64,000 bases of DNA from Planctomycetota bacterium (GTDB lineage Bacteria > Planctomycetota > Brocadiia > JAADGH01), in assembly GCA_040755855.1 (NCBI GenBank), contig JBFMAD010000008.1:1-64000 (forward strand), written 5' to 3'. Position numbers and translations under genes: made by a program. Under the pieces are notes generated by a model. The model saw only the letters and a program-made list of their open reading frames with translations. It did not search any database and was not told the origin of the DNA. Below are positions 31,301-41,370 of this stretch, piece after piece (the first letter of the stretch is position 1; the number at the start of each line of letters is the position of its first letter).

Positions 31301-32161
31301 TCAAATGACCCCAGCCGCCCGGCGCAGTTTCCGAAACTCCCGGGGAGACGCCCCCTCCTGCTTCGAGAATACGCGCGAAAAATAATTTGAATCGCCGAAG
31401 CCGATCTGCCGGGCAATGTCCGTAATCCGATCGTTGGTGAGACGAAGCCGGTTCTTCGCCTCCCGCACCCGGAACGATGTCACAAGGCGGCCAAAGCTCA
31501 AGCCGGTTCTTTCTTTCACCACATGCGCCGTGCGCGAGGGGCTCAGGTTCAACTGTCTCGCCAAATCGCCAACGATGATGTCCTCCGCGTAGTTTTCACC
31601 CATCCATCCCATGATTGTATCGCTGATGCGGTCGCGCCGGGCACCCAATAGGCCGAGGCCGTTCTCCAGCATCACGGGCACAGCAGCACCGAGGATTCGA
31701 CCCACTTCCCACATTGACCGATCCGCGACCATCGGACGCGAACGGTAGAGCGACTCCATCCGCCGCTTGCTTTTCCCCGCCCAAGGCCATGCAGGTACGC
31801 GGGCCGTTTTCCGACACACGCCGCAGAAGATGCTCCCCATCATTTGATTTCCGCGAATAATCGGACACACCATCTCCCACACCCCCGCGTGACATTTTTT
31901 CAGGAACGGCCTCCGCTCGCGCAAGCCCCGGGCGTTGGCGCGGTGGTAGTCCGACTCCCCGCACAGGCGCCGCCCTTCGGGGTGGGCTTTCACCTTCATG
32001 CAGAATGGATCGAGGTGGATATATCTCCCCGGGGGGAGCTGACGCCGCCCGTTCGCCTCCGTCCATCCCCGCAGGTCGTGGACGCAGATTCTCAACCCGG
32101 AGATCTTTTCCATCTCCCCAAATAGCACTTCCAGGGGAGTAAATAGAGTTACTGATCTCAT
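31301..32161 (-). CDS. AraC-family transcriptional regulator with PocR-type ligand-binding domain
   Basis: FC...C...CHAG N-terminal domain; C-terminal IARQIGFGDSNYFSRVFSKQEGASPREFR HTH. Confidence 0.85.
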   Translation of the reverse strand: MRSVTLFTPLEVLFGEMEKISGLRICVHDLRGWTEANGRRQLPPGRYIHLDPFCMKVKAHPEGRRLCGESDYHRANARGLRERRPFLKKCHAGVWEMVCPIIRGNQMMGSIFCGVCRKTARVPAWPWAGKSKRRMESLYRSRPMVADRSMWEVGRILGAAVPVMLENGLGLLGARRDRISDTIMGWMGENYAEDIIVGDLARQLNLSPSRTAHVVKERTGLSFGRLVTSFRVREAKNRLRLTNDRITDIARQIGFGDSNYFSRVFSKQEGASPREFRKLRRAAGVI

Positions 32162-32206
32162 AGGATTCCCTCGATGTTAGTCCAATAAAGCTGAAATTGT
32201 AGCAGT

Positions 32207-32235
32207 ATTATCCAGATAAATGACCGAGTTGTCAA
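32207..32235 (-). promoter_or_regulatory. Sigma-70-type promoter for the AraC gene
   Basis: Minus strand TTGACA-17 nt-GATAAT. Confidence 0.5.
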
Positions 32236-32302
32236 GGAAGATCGCCATGCGGAATGCTATACTTGTGGTGTGCTTGAGGTAATCTTATTAAGGAGGAGAG
32301 GT

Positions 32303-33511
32303 ATGGATGAATACAAGGTCGTCCTGCATGGCATGTTGATTGACGGCTGCGGCGGCAATCCAGTTCCCGACAGCGCGGTGGTCATCCGAGGCAAACAGAT
32401 CGAAGCCGTCGGCAAGGCGAGCGAGGTGGATATCCCCGGCAACGCGGAGATCATTGATGCGGCGGGCAAGGCCGTCATGCCCGGCATCATCGAGGGTCAT
32501 GCCCACGTAGGCGGCGACGCAAACGCGCAACGGGTGCTCCGCCTGTCCCTCCAGCGCGGCATTACCACGGTGTGCAGCGTGTCGGCCAATACATCGGGCA
32601 TCAAGCTGCGCGACGACATCGAATCGGGCCTGGTGCGCGGCTGTGCGCGACTTGTAGCGGGGTGCATCGTCACGTGCACGAACGGACACGTGAAGTTCCG
32701 CACCGCCGACGGGCCATGGGAGGTGCGCAAGGCGGTGCGAGAGATGGTAATGGCCGGGGCGGACTTCATCAAGACTGCCGCGTCGGGGGGCTTCGCCGGG
32801 AAGCACGAGGCCTGCGCCTCCCCGAACTATACGCCCGAGGAGCTAACCGCCTTGACTTCCGAGGCCCACGCCTGGGGCAGGCCCGCGGTAGTGCACTGCC
32901 ACACGCAGCCGGGGCTGAGTTATTGCATCGAAGCCGCCATTGACCAGATCCATCATGGGGCGTTTATTGATGACGCCGCCGTCCGAGGGATCAAGGAAAA
33001 GGACCTCTTCTATATGCCCACCTTATCGGTGACATGCGACCGAAATATCGAGGGCCTTGCCGACCAGCCCTGGCAGACGAAGGAGATGAAGGAGTCGCAG
33101 CAGATTCACCGCGCCGGCGTGCGCCTGGCACATAAACTTGGCGTGAAGCTCTGCGTCGGGACGGATTATCCCGGCAATCCCCGGAGCTGGGACTACGGCG
33201 ACCGCACGATGTTTGAACTGCAAGAACTTGTGCGATGCGGCCTGAAGCCGATGGAGGCCATCGTCGCCGCCACGCGGAACAATGCCGCGGCTTATGGTCG
33301 GCTCGCCGATTTGGGCGCCATCGAACCGGGCAAGCGGGCGGACATCCTCGTCGTCACGGGCGATCCGTCGGAGGACGTTGGTGTGCTGTATGAGGCTGGC
33401 AACATCAATATCGTCATGAAGGACGGCGTGGTGGAGTCCACCGACGAGGAGCACAAGCGGTATTACCGAATGAGGGAGGACGTCGCACGCGGCCCGAGGC
33501 CGGCCGAATAA
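32303..33511 (+). CDS. Metal-dependent amidohydrolase (Xaa-Pro dipeptidase-like)
   Basis: AGGAGG RBS; MPGIIEGHAH, GADFIK, VVHCH, IHHG, VGTD, GAIEPGKRADILV. Confidence 0.85.
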   Translation: MDEYKVVLHGMLIDGCGGNPVPDSAVVIRGKQIEAVGKASEVDIPGNAEIIDAAGKAVMPGIIEGHAHVGGDANAQRVLRLSLQRGITTVCSVSANTSGIKLRDDIESGLVRGCARLVAGCIVTCTNGHVKFRTADGPWEVRKAVREMVMAGADFIKTAASGGFAGKHEACASPNYTPEELTALTSEAHAWGRPAVVHCHTQPGLSYCIEAAIDQIHHGAFIDDAAVRGIKEKDLFYMPTLSVTCDRNIEGLADQPWQTKEMKESQQIHRAGVRLAHKLGVKLCVGTDYPGNPRSWDYGDRTMFELQELVRCGLKPMEAIVAATRNNAAAYGRLADLGAIEPGKRADILVVTGDPSEDVGVLYEAGNINIVMKDGVVESTDEEHKRYYRMREDVARGPRPAE

Positions 33512-33547
33512 TTCATAGTGAAACTTTTTGCCAGGGGCATCCCCGAA

Positions 33548-33576
33548 TTGACTTTGGCCCCGGCATTCGCTATCCT
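33548..33576 (+). promoter_or_regulatory. Sigma-70-type promoter
   Basis: TTGACT-17 nt-TATCCT upstream of the GNAT gene. Confidence 0.5.
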
Positions 33577-33614
33577 CTCCGCGAAGGGTTGATCGCTGTG
33601 AAAGGACCTTCCGG

Positions 33615-34832
33615 ATGACGATAAGCCATATTGAGATTCGGGCCATGAAATCCGGGGATGAGATTCCGCTCATCGCCGATATGCTCGGCAAAAGTTTCCA
33701 GCAGGGCTATCAGACGAGCTGGGAGCAGGCGCATCGGGCTCACTCCACCTCCCCGTACTTTGACCCCAAATACACCCGCCTGGCCATTCGGGATGGCGAG
33801 ATCGTTGGACATATTCGGATCCAACCGAACACCTTCCAGCTCGGCGCGGCGAGTCTGTGGGTCGGGGGGATTGGCGATGTAACGACGCACTTCCGCCATA
33901 GAAAGGAAGGCATCGCCGCGGCGGCCATGAACGACGCCGTCGCCTTCATGGAGAGAGAGGGTTTCGATCTCTCTATCCTCTTCGGCATCCCAAACTTCTA
34001 CCATCGCTTCGGCTTCATTCCCGTTATCCCTCCCTCTCCGATACTGACCCTGGATCGGGAAGCTGTGGATGGCTTGAAGCAGGGGCATCCATGCCGACGG
34101 TTCCGCGAGGCGGATATTCCCAGGCTCCATGCCTTCAAGAGCAAGTACGACCCGCTCGACACGCTCTCCGTGCGCCGCACGCCGGCGCACTGGCGATATC
34201 GCCTGAGCCGATGGGTCGGCAGTCCACTGTTCTATGACGAGAGAGGCCGTCTGGTCGGATATGCGCAGATATCTGCCGAGCAGGATCAGATTCGAGTGCA
34301 TGAGGTGGTGGCCGCGCCGGACGAGGGGGTGTATGCCGGTATTCTGAAGGAAACCGCTCGGCGCGCCCGCAAGCAGGTCGTCCGGCGGATCGTCCTGCAG
34401 ATTCCGCCGGACCACCCGATGACGGACTACTGCATTCGTCTTGGATGCCAACTCACCCTGGCCTACCACAAAAACTCGGACGGAATGGGACGGATCATCA
34501 ATTTGAGATCCTTTGCGCAAAAGATGTTGCCCGAATGGAACCGGCTGCTTGCGCAATCTGATCTTGCGACGAAGGATGCCTCGCTGGCGATCTCCGTGGA
34601 TGAAACGGTGATTCGGCTTGCGGCGAAGAAGGGATGCCTGGTTCTCGATGGAGAGTCGCGTGCGGCGCGACATGCCCTGCGATTGACGGAGCAGGAGTTC
34701 TTGCAGTCGGCGGTCGGCTATATCGGTCTGGGTTCGCGGACCGGCGAGTTGCGTGACGCCCATTCGCGGCGCATGGCAGGGATTTTGTTCCCCAAACGTT
34801 ATCCCTACCTGTGGCGTACGGACGGCTTCTGA
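33615..34832 (+). CDS. Eis-like GNAT acetyltransferase
   Basis: GGIGDVTTHFRHRKEGIA, LFGIPNFYHRFGF, GMGRIINL; C-terminal SCP2-like region ending DGF. Confidence 0.8.
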   Translation: MTISHIEIRAMKSGDEIPLIADMLGKSFQQGYQTSWEQAHRAHSTSPYFDPKYTRLAIRDGEIVGHIRIQPNTFQLGAASLWVGGIGDVTTHFRHRKEGIAAAAMNDAVAFMEREGFDLSILFGIPNFYHRFGFIPVIPPSPILTLDREAVDGLKQGHPCRRFREADIPRLHAFKSKYDPLDTLSVRRTPAHWRYRLSRWVGSPLFYDERGRLVGYAQISAEQDQIRVHEVVAAPDEGVYAGILKETARRARKQVVRRIVLQIPPDHPMTDYCIRLGCQLTLAYHKNSDGMGRIINLRSFAQKMLPEWNRLLAQSDLATKDASLAISVDETVIRLAAKKGCLVLDGESRAARHALRLTEQEFLQSAVGYIGLGSRTGELRDAHSRRMAGILFPKRYPYLWRTDGF

Positions 34833-34923
34833 GGAGAAAGTCTGAAAACGTTTGACGGCGCAACGGCGAATATGCGATAATAAAGCGGCGTATAGAACGC
34901 GAGAGGAGACAGAGGAGGAACGG

Positions 34924-36087
34924 ATGAAATACTCAAAGATTTCGCTGGCGGCGCTTGCCGTCTTGTTCCTTTTCGCCGGTTCATCGCTTGCGCAGAAGAA
35001 AAAGTCAAAAGTTCCCGACGCGGCCGAGACGATCTATCTGCCTACGCAGCCTGATCTGCTCCGAGATCGCCCGGAGAATTACGAGGGGCGAAACCTGCGG
35101 GTGCTGGATAAGTACGGCGCAGTGCCCAATCCCGACACGTTGTCCCGCTCGGCGGTCAAAGCGGGATGGGACCCGGCGGTGTATCACATCTTCGACACAT
35201 CTCATCTGACATCGGAGATGCGATGCTACGTGAAGCTCAGCGACAGGCAGGTCGTGGATGTGGCCAAAGGACTGGCCGAGGGCGAGACGATCACTCTCTT
35301 CGGAAAACTGAAAGAGGTCGAAAGCCGCAAGGTGGGTCGTGAGCTGCGATTTGAGGTGCACTACATCGAACGCGGCCACAAACCAAAGACAGTCCTCACC
35401 CTCGAATTCGCCGCCGACAAGATGGAGAGGAAACTCTACCGCATCTGGGAACCGAGGCAATACGAAGTGGTCTATCCCCCCGCAAAAAATCAGCAGGAAG
35501 AAAAACAAAACGCCTTCTGGATTGACGTCGCCTACAAGACGGACCAGGTTCCCCCGACGAAGCAGGAAGCAGGCAAGGCGTCGAAGGCCTATGCGCCGGT
35601 GGACTCCACCCTCGTTGCGTCCGAAACGAAGCAATACGTGGGCAAGAACCTTCTGGTGAAGGACATCTTCGACTCTCTGACGGACAGGTTTCCGAAGTCG
35701 GCCCGCGACCTCGGCTTCAAGCCCGCGACGCACCTGCTGTTTCGAACCCCATCCACGGGAAAGGGATCGGACCTTTACTGTTACCTTCCGCGCACCGAGC
35801 CGTTCTACTGCGATCTCGTCGAGGCGCTGGTGCAAAACGTGAACATTACGCTGCGCGGCACGCTGGTCGCCTATGACGAGGCCACGCTGCTGAGGGCAAA
35901 GCACTTTCTCGTTGACCAGGTGGACGTCGGCTGGGAGGACAAACCGGCCGTCGAGATCAAATTCAGCACGAAAAGAGAAGGGCCGTGGAAGGGCTTTCGC
36001 TTCTACAAGCCATACCTCTATCTGATCCCCTTCCCGCCGTGGGCGCAGCAGGAGGCGTTTACGCTCAAAATGAGGTGCATCTATTGA
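34924..36087 (+). CDS. Secreted hypothetical protein with two tandem homologous (OB-fold-like) domains
   Basis: GAGGAGG RBS and signal peptide. YEGRNLRVLD...CYV...ITLFGKL repeats as YVGKNLLVKD...CYL...ITLRGTL. Confidence 0.7.
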   Translation: MKYSKISLAALAVLFLFAGSSLAQKKKSKVPDAAETIYLPTQPDLLRDRPENYEGRNLRVLDKYGAVPNPDTLSRSAVKAGWDPAVYHIFDTSHLTSEMRCYVKLSDRQVVDVAKGLAEGETITLFGKLKEVESRKVGRELRFEVHYIERGHKPKTVLTLEFAADKMERKLYRIWEPRQYEVVYPPAKNQQEEKQNAFWIDVAYKTDQVPPTKQEAGKASKAYAPVDSTLVASETKQYVGKNLLVKDIFDSLTDRFPKSARDLGFKPATHLLFRTPSTGKGSDLYCYLPRTEPFYCDLVEALVQNVNITLRGTLVAYDEATLLRAKHFLVDQVDVGWEDKPAVEIKFSTKREGPWKGFRFYKPYLYLIPFPPWAQQEAFTLKMRCIY

Positions 36088-36128
36088 CGCGACGTGCGTC
36101 GGAGAGGAAACCCCTCGCACATTGTTCA

Positions 36129-36282
36129 GGGCAAAATTCACATTGGACACATAATACCACCCTTCCTGTCTTCAGGGAGGGTGGTATCGGCAAAAGATAA
36201 TTTCCCGGAGCGACGCGGACCTTCATCGGCAGGATCACGTTCGATTTCGCGGGAAAAAATGTGTCCAATGTGAATTTTGCCC
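36129..36282. mobile_element. MITE-like element, 154 bp, with perfect 24-bp terminal inverted repeats
   Basis: GGGCAAAATTCACATTGGACACAT (36129-36152) and its exact reverse complement (36259-36282). Non-coding with internal hairpins; no clear target-site duplication. Confidence 0.6.
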
Positions 36283-36324
36283 CTGGGTTGCGGGCGTTGC
36301 CCGCGTTAGGTTAAGGAGATTGGC

Positions 36325-37062
36325 ATGAAGGCAAGAAGACGGGGTTGGAGTTGGCTCGTTATCGGGTTGGTTGTCGCGGTCTGCACGGCGGCGGTGGCGG
36401 AGGACCTCTACTACGAATCCTCCATGCAGACGTCGGGGATGCAGGGCATGCAGCCCATGACCATGATGCAGAAGGTCTGGATGACCAAGGGCAAGGTGAA
36501 GGTCGAGATGACCGGCGGCCCCATGCCCATGAAAGTCATCCTCCGCACAGATGTTCAGAAGATGTACATGATCATGGACGCACAGCGCTCCTATATGGAA
36601 ATGCCGATCTCACAGATGGCTGGCATGGCCGCCGGCATGGCCCAGCAGATGCAGATCAATGTGCAAAAGACCGGCAACACCCGCCAGATCGGGGAGTGGA
36701 ACTGCCAGGAGTACATCATCACCGCGACAGGCCCCATGCCCATGAAAATCACGTCCTGGGTCACCACGGACGTCACCGTGGACAAGGCCATGATGGCCGA
36801 GATGGAGCAGGCCATGGGGAGCAATCCCGCCATGAAGGCCCTTAGCGAAAAGACCAAGGAGATCGAGGGATTCCCGATCGAGCAGATCGTCGAGATGAAC
36901 ATGATGGGCCAGCAGATGACGACGAAGATGACCGTCAGCAAGATCCAGCAGGGCCCCGTGCCGGCGGATGCGTTTGATCTCCCCGCCGGGTACCAGAAGA
37001 TGGACATGCCGGCGATGCCCCCGGGCGGGGCGCCCCAGGGCGGAGGCATGCAGCCGCAATAG
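36325..37062 (+). CDS. Secreted DUF4412-like protein, extremely Met-rich
   Basis: AAGGAG RBS and signal peptide. KTGNTRQIGEWNCQEY and VPADAFDLPAGY motifs; 36 Met in 245 aa. Confidence 0.8.
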   Translation: MKARRRGWSWLVIGLVVAVCTAAVAEDLYYESSMQTSGMQGMQPMTMMQKVWMTKGKVKVEMTGGPMPMKVILRTDVQKMYMIMDAQRSYMEMPISQMAGMAAGMAQQMQINVQKTGNTRQIGEWNCQEYIITATGPMPMKITSWVTTDVTVDKAMMAEMEQAMGSNPAMKALSEKTKEIEGFPIEQIVEMNMMGQQMTTKMTVSKIQQGPVPADAFDLPAGYQKMDMPAMPPGGAPQGGGMQPQ

Positions 37063-37088
37063 GACCTCCCGTCAAGCGACGCAACGCG

Positions 37089-37120
37089 AACGGCCCGGCC
37101 TGCGCCGGGCCGTTTACTTT
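37089..37120 (+). terminator. Intrinsic terminator
   Basis: AACGGCCCGGC-CTGC-GCCGGGCCGTT followed by TACTTT. Confidence 0.7.
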
Positions 37121-37165
37121 ACAAATTTCAGGACACAAGGCATAGACAGGATTTCGGAGAGACCG

Positions 37166-39217
37166 GTGAACTCTACAAAGATATTCGCATTGCTTTTGGG
37201 GTGCCTTCTGATGGCGCGCGTAAGACCGTCGCCCGCCCAGGAAGGGCCTGCACCGAGAGAGGCGCAGACCGCAGAACCCGAACCGACCGCCGGCGATGAG
37301 AAGGCAAAGGTGGTCGCAAAGATCGCCCGGTGGCGCGACAACAAGGCCGCCGCCGTCAGCCTTCGGTTCGACGATTCGCACCCCTCGCACATCCTCATCG
37401 CCGTGCCTCTCCTGACGAAGCACGAAATGGTCGGAACCTTTCTGATCAATCCGGGGAATGGTACATACCGGGAATATAAGGACAAATGGGAGACGGAGGC
37501 GATCCAGGGCGGGCACGAGTTCGGCAACCACACCATGCACCATCGCGGCGCGAAGGACGACGAGGAGGCCGACCGCGAGATCGGCGAATGCAGCGAGTAC
37601 ATCTGGAGGCTCTTCCCCGGCAAGAGCAAGCTGCTCGCCTTCCGGTCCGGCGGGGGAACGACATGGAATATCAAGAGGCCCATGGCAGAATACATGCAGA
37701 AGTGGCGCCTCGTTCATGAGCCGAACAGCAGAGGAGTGGCTTCGCCGGACGCGGGTCCTCCGTATGTCGTGAACATGCAGATGTTCCGGGAGCGCGTCGA
37801 GCAGGCGATCACGGATTGCCAATGGGTCACGTTCTATTACCACCAGATCGGGGTCGAAAAGGGTCTCAACATCAGTGCGCAGACGTTCCGGGAACAGATG
37901 AACTACCTCCGCTCGAAGCGCAAGGAGGCATGGTTTGGCGGCATCGCGCAGGTGCATAAGTATCAGGAGGAGCGGCGGCGGGCGAAGATCGCGGTACAGG
38001 AGATCGAGCCGTTCAAGATCAAGATAGACATAGCGTGCGAGACCGATCCGACGCTCTACGCCCAGCCCCTGACCGTCTGGGCGCGGCTCCCGCAGAAATG
38101 GCCGCTCAATGACATCCAGGCGCTCGATGCCGACGGCAATCCGATCCCCATGCGGCGGCGCTCCGATGCATGGCACGAGCCGATGCTATCCGTCCCGCCG
38201 ACGAACGGCACCTACTACATCCACGTCGTGGACCCGCTTCAAGGCAGGACGCCGCCGAAACTGCCGGAAGAATCCGAGCGGGTAGTGAAGGACGAAGCCA
38301 CCGGCCTTGAAGCGACGATCTGCAAGTGGTTCGACGGCAGACGGGCGGCACTCAGCCTCCGCTTCGACGACTCTCATCCCACCCATATCCTCAAGGCGGT
38401 TCCGATCCTCCGCGAGTACGGCTTCAAGGGAACATTCATCATCATTCCGGCCGGCGCATCCTACCAGAAGCATAAGACCGAATGGGAGGCGTGCGCGAAA
38501 CAGGGCGACCAGGAATTCGGCAACCACACGATGCACCACCACGGCGCGAAGAATGATGACGAAGTCGAGTATGAGATTGGGGAATGCTCCCGGTACATCT
38601 GGTCCCTTTTTCCCAACAAGAGCAAGCTGCTCACCTTCTGCACCGGCGGCGGCACCACATGGACGATGACGAAGCCGCTTCGTTACTGGCTGGACAAGTA
38701 TCATCTCGATCCCATGGCTGGGGCGTTGTCCCTGGCCGATGTCTACGGCGGCAGGGTCAAGGCATTCCAGGATCGCCTGGCCATCGCCCTGGAGAAGGGC
38801 GAGTGGATGCGCACCGTCTATCACCAGGTCGGAGACCCCAGCGGACTTGGCATCAGCGAGGAGAACTTCCGCGCCATCCAGGAAATCACGAAACAACATA
38901 CCGGCGATCTTTGGGTGGCCGGCATGGCGGAGATCTTCAAGTATCAGGAGGAGCGCAAGGCGTCGAAACTCTCCATAAGAAGCCTCGGAGAGAGGAGAGT
39001 CGAGATTGCGCTCACCTGCCTGACGGACAAGGAACTGTATGATCAGCCTCTAACGCTTCAGTTGACACTGCCCACGGACTGGGAGGCGGGTCGCATCAAA
39101 GTGACGGACGCCGGCGGCAAGGAGATCCCCACTCGCGCCGCGGCGGTTGGCGGCAGGCCGGTCGTCCGCTTTGACGCGCCTGCCGTCGGCGGGCGGCTGA
39201 TCGTCACCGGCGGCTGA
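37166..39217 (+). CDS. Secreted tandem (two-domain) polysaccharide deacetylase, CE4/NodB-like
   Basis: GTG start with signal peptide. Two copies of SLRFDDSHP...EFGNHTMHH...YHQ, each followed by a beta-rich domain. Confidence 0.8.
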   Translation: MNSTKIFALLLGCLLMARVRPSPAQEGPAPREAQTAEPEPTAGDEKAKVVAKIARWRDNKAAAVSLRFDDSHPSHILIAVPLLTKHEMVGTFLINPGNGTYREYKDKWETEAIQGGHEFGNHTMHHRGAKDDEEADREIGECSEYIWRLFPGKSKLLAFRSGGGTTWNIKRPMAEYMQKWRLVHEPNSRGVASPDAGPPYVVNMQMFRERVEQAITDCQWVTFYYHQIGVEKGLNISAQTFREQMNYLRSKRKEAWFGGIAQVHKYQEERRRAKIAVQEIEPFKIKIDIACETDPTLYAQPLTVWARLPQKWPLNDIQALDADGNPIPMRRRSDAWHEPMLSVPPTNGTYYIHVVDPLQGRTPPKLPEESERVVKDEATGLEATICKWFDGRRAALSLRFDDSHPTHILKAVPILREYGFKGTFIIIPAGASYQKHKTEWEACAKQGDQEFGNHTMHHHGAKNDDEVEYEIGECSRYIWSLFPNKSKLLTFCTGGGTTWTMTKPLRYWLDKYHLDPMAGALSLADVYGGRVKAFQDRLAIALEKGEWMRTVYHQVGDPSGLGISEENFRAIQEITKQHTGDLWVAGMAEIFKYQEERKASKLSIRSLGERRVEIALTCLTDKELYDQPLTLQLTLPTDWEAGRIKVTDAGGKEIPTRAAAVGGRPVVRFDAPAVGGRLIVTGG

Positions 39218-39261
39218 ATCGGGAACGCGCAACGGAACCGCCCTAAGTGAAGGAAAAGAAA

Positions 39262-41370
39262 ATGAGAAATCTGTCCGCAGCAAACATGGTGGCAGTCTGC
39301 CTCTGGTTGACGTCCCTGCTTCCTCTCGATGGGCAGGAGGGAGAGTCCCGCGCCGGTTCGTCCTGGGATGTGCTGGAGAAGCACAATCTGGATATCATTC
39401 CTGCCCCCAAGCAAATAGAGGTTGGAGATGGAGACGTAACACTCGCCGCAGACAACAAGGCCGCGGCAGTCCTCGTTCTTGGGGAGACGGAAGAACGGAA
39501 ATGCGTCATCGGCGCGCAGGAGATCAACAAGACAGTGAAACAGATGTCCAATCTCGAACTGCCTGTGGAGAAGCATCTGCCGGGCGAGACCGCGAAGAAA
39601 CAGACGCTAATACTCATCGGGACGCCGGACGGCAACGAACTCGTCAAGCAATATTCCCAATCGCACAAGATCAGCCTGAACAAAGAATCGCTGGGCGACC
39701 AGGGATATGTCATCCGGTTTGTGCGAGATGAAGATGGGAGACGGGTCGTGCTGCTTGCGGGCGGCGATTCCCAGGGCGCTCTTTATGCTTGTGTCACTTT
39801 CTGCCGTCTGATGAAAGTCCGCAATGGCGCCCTCATCGCGGTGCAAGCGAACATCATGGATAGACCGGACTACAGCCGCCGGATGCTGTGGAGGATCACA
39901 TCTCCCGCGGGGGCCAAGGAGACAATAGATCACGCCCTCCGTTGCAAGACGAACTTCATATTCGGTCCGGGGGCTGCGGAGGTGGAGGCGAAGTTTTTCT
40001 CCAAGATCGCTTCGACCCCGGAACTTGCCAGAGCGTGGAAGGAGATCAATCAGTACGCCCAGGAACGCGGGGTGCGGATCGTCTTTGGCGGGTGGTGGGC
40101 GTTGGATACGGCGCCCACGCAGGCCAGGATCGGAAGCCGGGACTACTTCTACTATCCGGTTGACCGCGAGGACAGGACGATGATCGGCCACAGGGGACTG
40201 CTCTTCTGTTGGAGTCATGAGGCGCTCATCAACAAACGACGCGAGGAGATACGCCAGTTTATAAGAGCTACCGGGGCCAAGGCGTTCTATCTGCATCCGG
40301 TGGACGGAGGAGGTCCCGATGATCCCGAGTTCTGGAGCAAGCGCTGCCAGGGATGCAGGACGAAGTACGGCGACGACCGAGCTGCCGCAGACGCCCATAT
40401 GATAAACAGTTGGTACTCGGCCATGAAGGAAGAGGACAAGGATGTGATCTTTGCGACCGTGGTCTACCCCTATGTTCCTCGCTTCTTGGAACGACCTGCC
40501 GGCAAACAATGGCTTGGCAGGCTGTCCGGCCTGATCCCCGACGACGTGCACATCTGCCTCAGGGAAGCGCCGAGAGACCAGGTGTCGCTGTGGCGAGAGG
40601 TGGAAAAACAACCTTTGCTCATGTATCAGGAGGCCTACTATCTCCACTGGGCCCTCAGGCTGCCCTTTGTCTCCCAGTTCAGGTATGCCCGGACGTTCTA
40701 CTTTCCGTCGGACGACCGAAAGGATATCTACTGGTACAATGTCTCCGCCATAGGGTACGAGGATCTTATCGCCCCTCAACTTCTGGGCGCGGCGGAATTT
40801 GCCTGGAACAGCGATTCTCCCGGCGCTGAATCCTTTGGCGAGGAAAGCGGGAAGTGGAGCGATGTCCTGGGCCCCTCCGCGCCGATCAGCAACCGGCTGC
40901 TGCCCAGGATATGCCGCGTCCTTTACGGACCCGAGGCCGCCGCGGAAATGCAGGAACTGCTGACGGCGAATCTGAGTCCCTATCTGATTGCCATGCGTCC
41001 GCCTCTACAGAGCAGGCCGGGGCAGTACCTCGCCGGCGTGGACGCCGAATACTTGCAGGCCAAGATGAACGAGGCCGGGAAGATGGTGAAGTTGTTGACG
41101 CAGGCCAGAGGCAGGGTAAGGCCGGAACATAGATCCGCCTTCGACTGCCAGCTTGCCCATGCGATTGCAGCCAAATACTTGCTCGATGCGCGGCTTCGGT
41201 TGGAGAAGCTGGGAGAGACAGATTCCCCGTCGGCCCAGAAGGAATACGCGAAAATAGAGCGCCTGCTGGCCGAGGGCACCGAGGAACTTCGAAAGCAGGG
41301 ACTGGACAAGAGCCATGTGAACTTCGAAGAGCTGTCCAGCCGCCTGATGCAAGGCAGGATGCCGGGCTAA
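39262..41370 (+). CDS. Secreted beta-N-acetylglucosaminidase-like (GH84/GH20-related) protein
   Basis: Signal peptide; IIPAPKQIE and QGYVI...LAGGDSQGALYA (GH20 domain-2-like); YAQERGV, HPVDGG, GAAEFAWN. Confidence 0.6.
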   Translation: MRNLSAANMVAVCLWLTSLLPLDGQEGESRAGSSWDVLEKHNLDIIPAPKQIEVGDGDVTLAADNKAAAVLVLGETEERKCVIGAQEINKTVKQMSNLELPVEKHLPGETAKKQTLILIGTPDGNELVKQYSQSHKISLNKESLGDQGYVIRFVRDEDGRRVVLLAGGDSQGALYACVTFCRLMKVRNGALIAVQANIMDRPDYSRRMLWRITSPAGAKETIDHALRCKTNFIFGPGAAEVEAKFFSKIASTPELARAWKEINQYAQERGVRIVFGGWWALDTAPTQARIGSRDYFYYPVDREDRTMIGHRGLLFCWSHEALINKRREEIRQFIRATGAKAFYLHPVDGGGPDDPEFWSKRCQGCRTKYGDDRAAADAHMINSWYSAMKEEDKDVIFATVVYPYVPRFLERPAGKQWLGRLSGLIPDDVHICLREAPRDQVSLWREVEKQPLLMYQEAYYLHWALRLPFVSQFRYARTFYFPSDDRKDIYWYNVSAIGYEDLIAPQLLGAAEFAWNSDSPGAESFGEESGKWSDVLGPSAPISNRLLPRICRVLYGPEAAAEMQELLTANLSPYLIAMRPPLQSRPGQYLAGVDAEYLQAKMNEAGKMVKLLTQARGRVRPEHRSAFDCQLAHAIAAKYLLDARLRLEKLGETDSPSAQKEYAKIERLLAEGTEELRKQGLDKSHVNFEELSSRLMQGRMPG

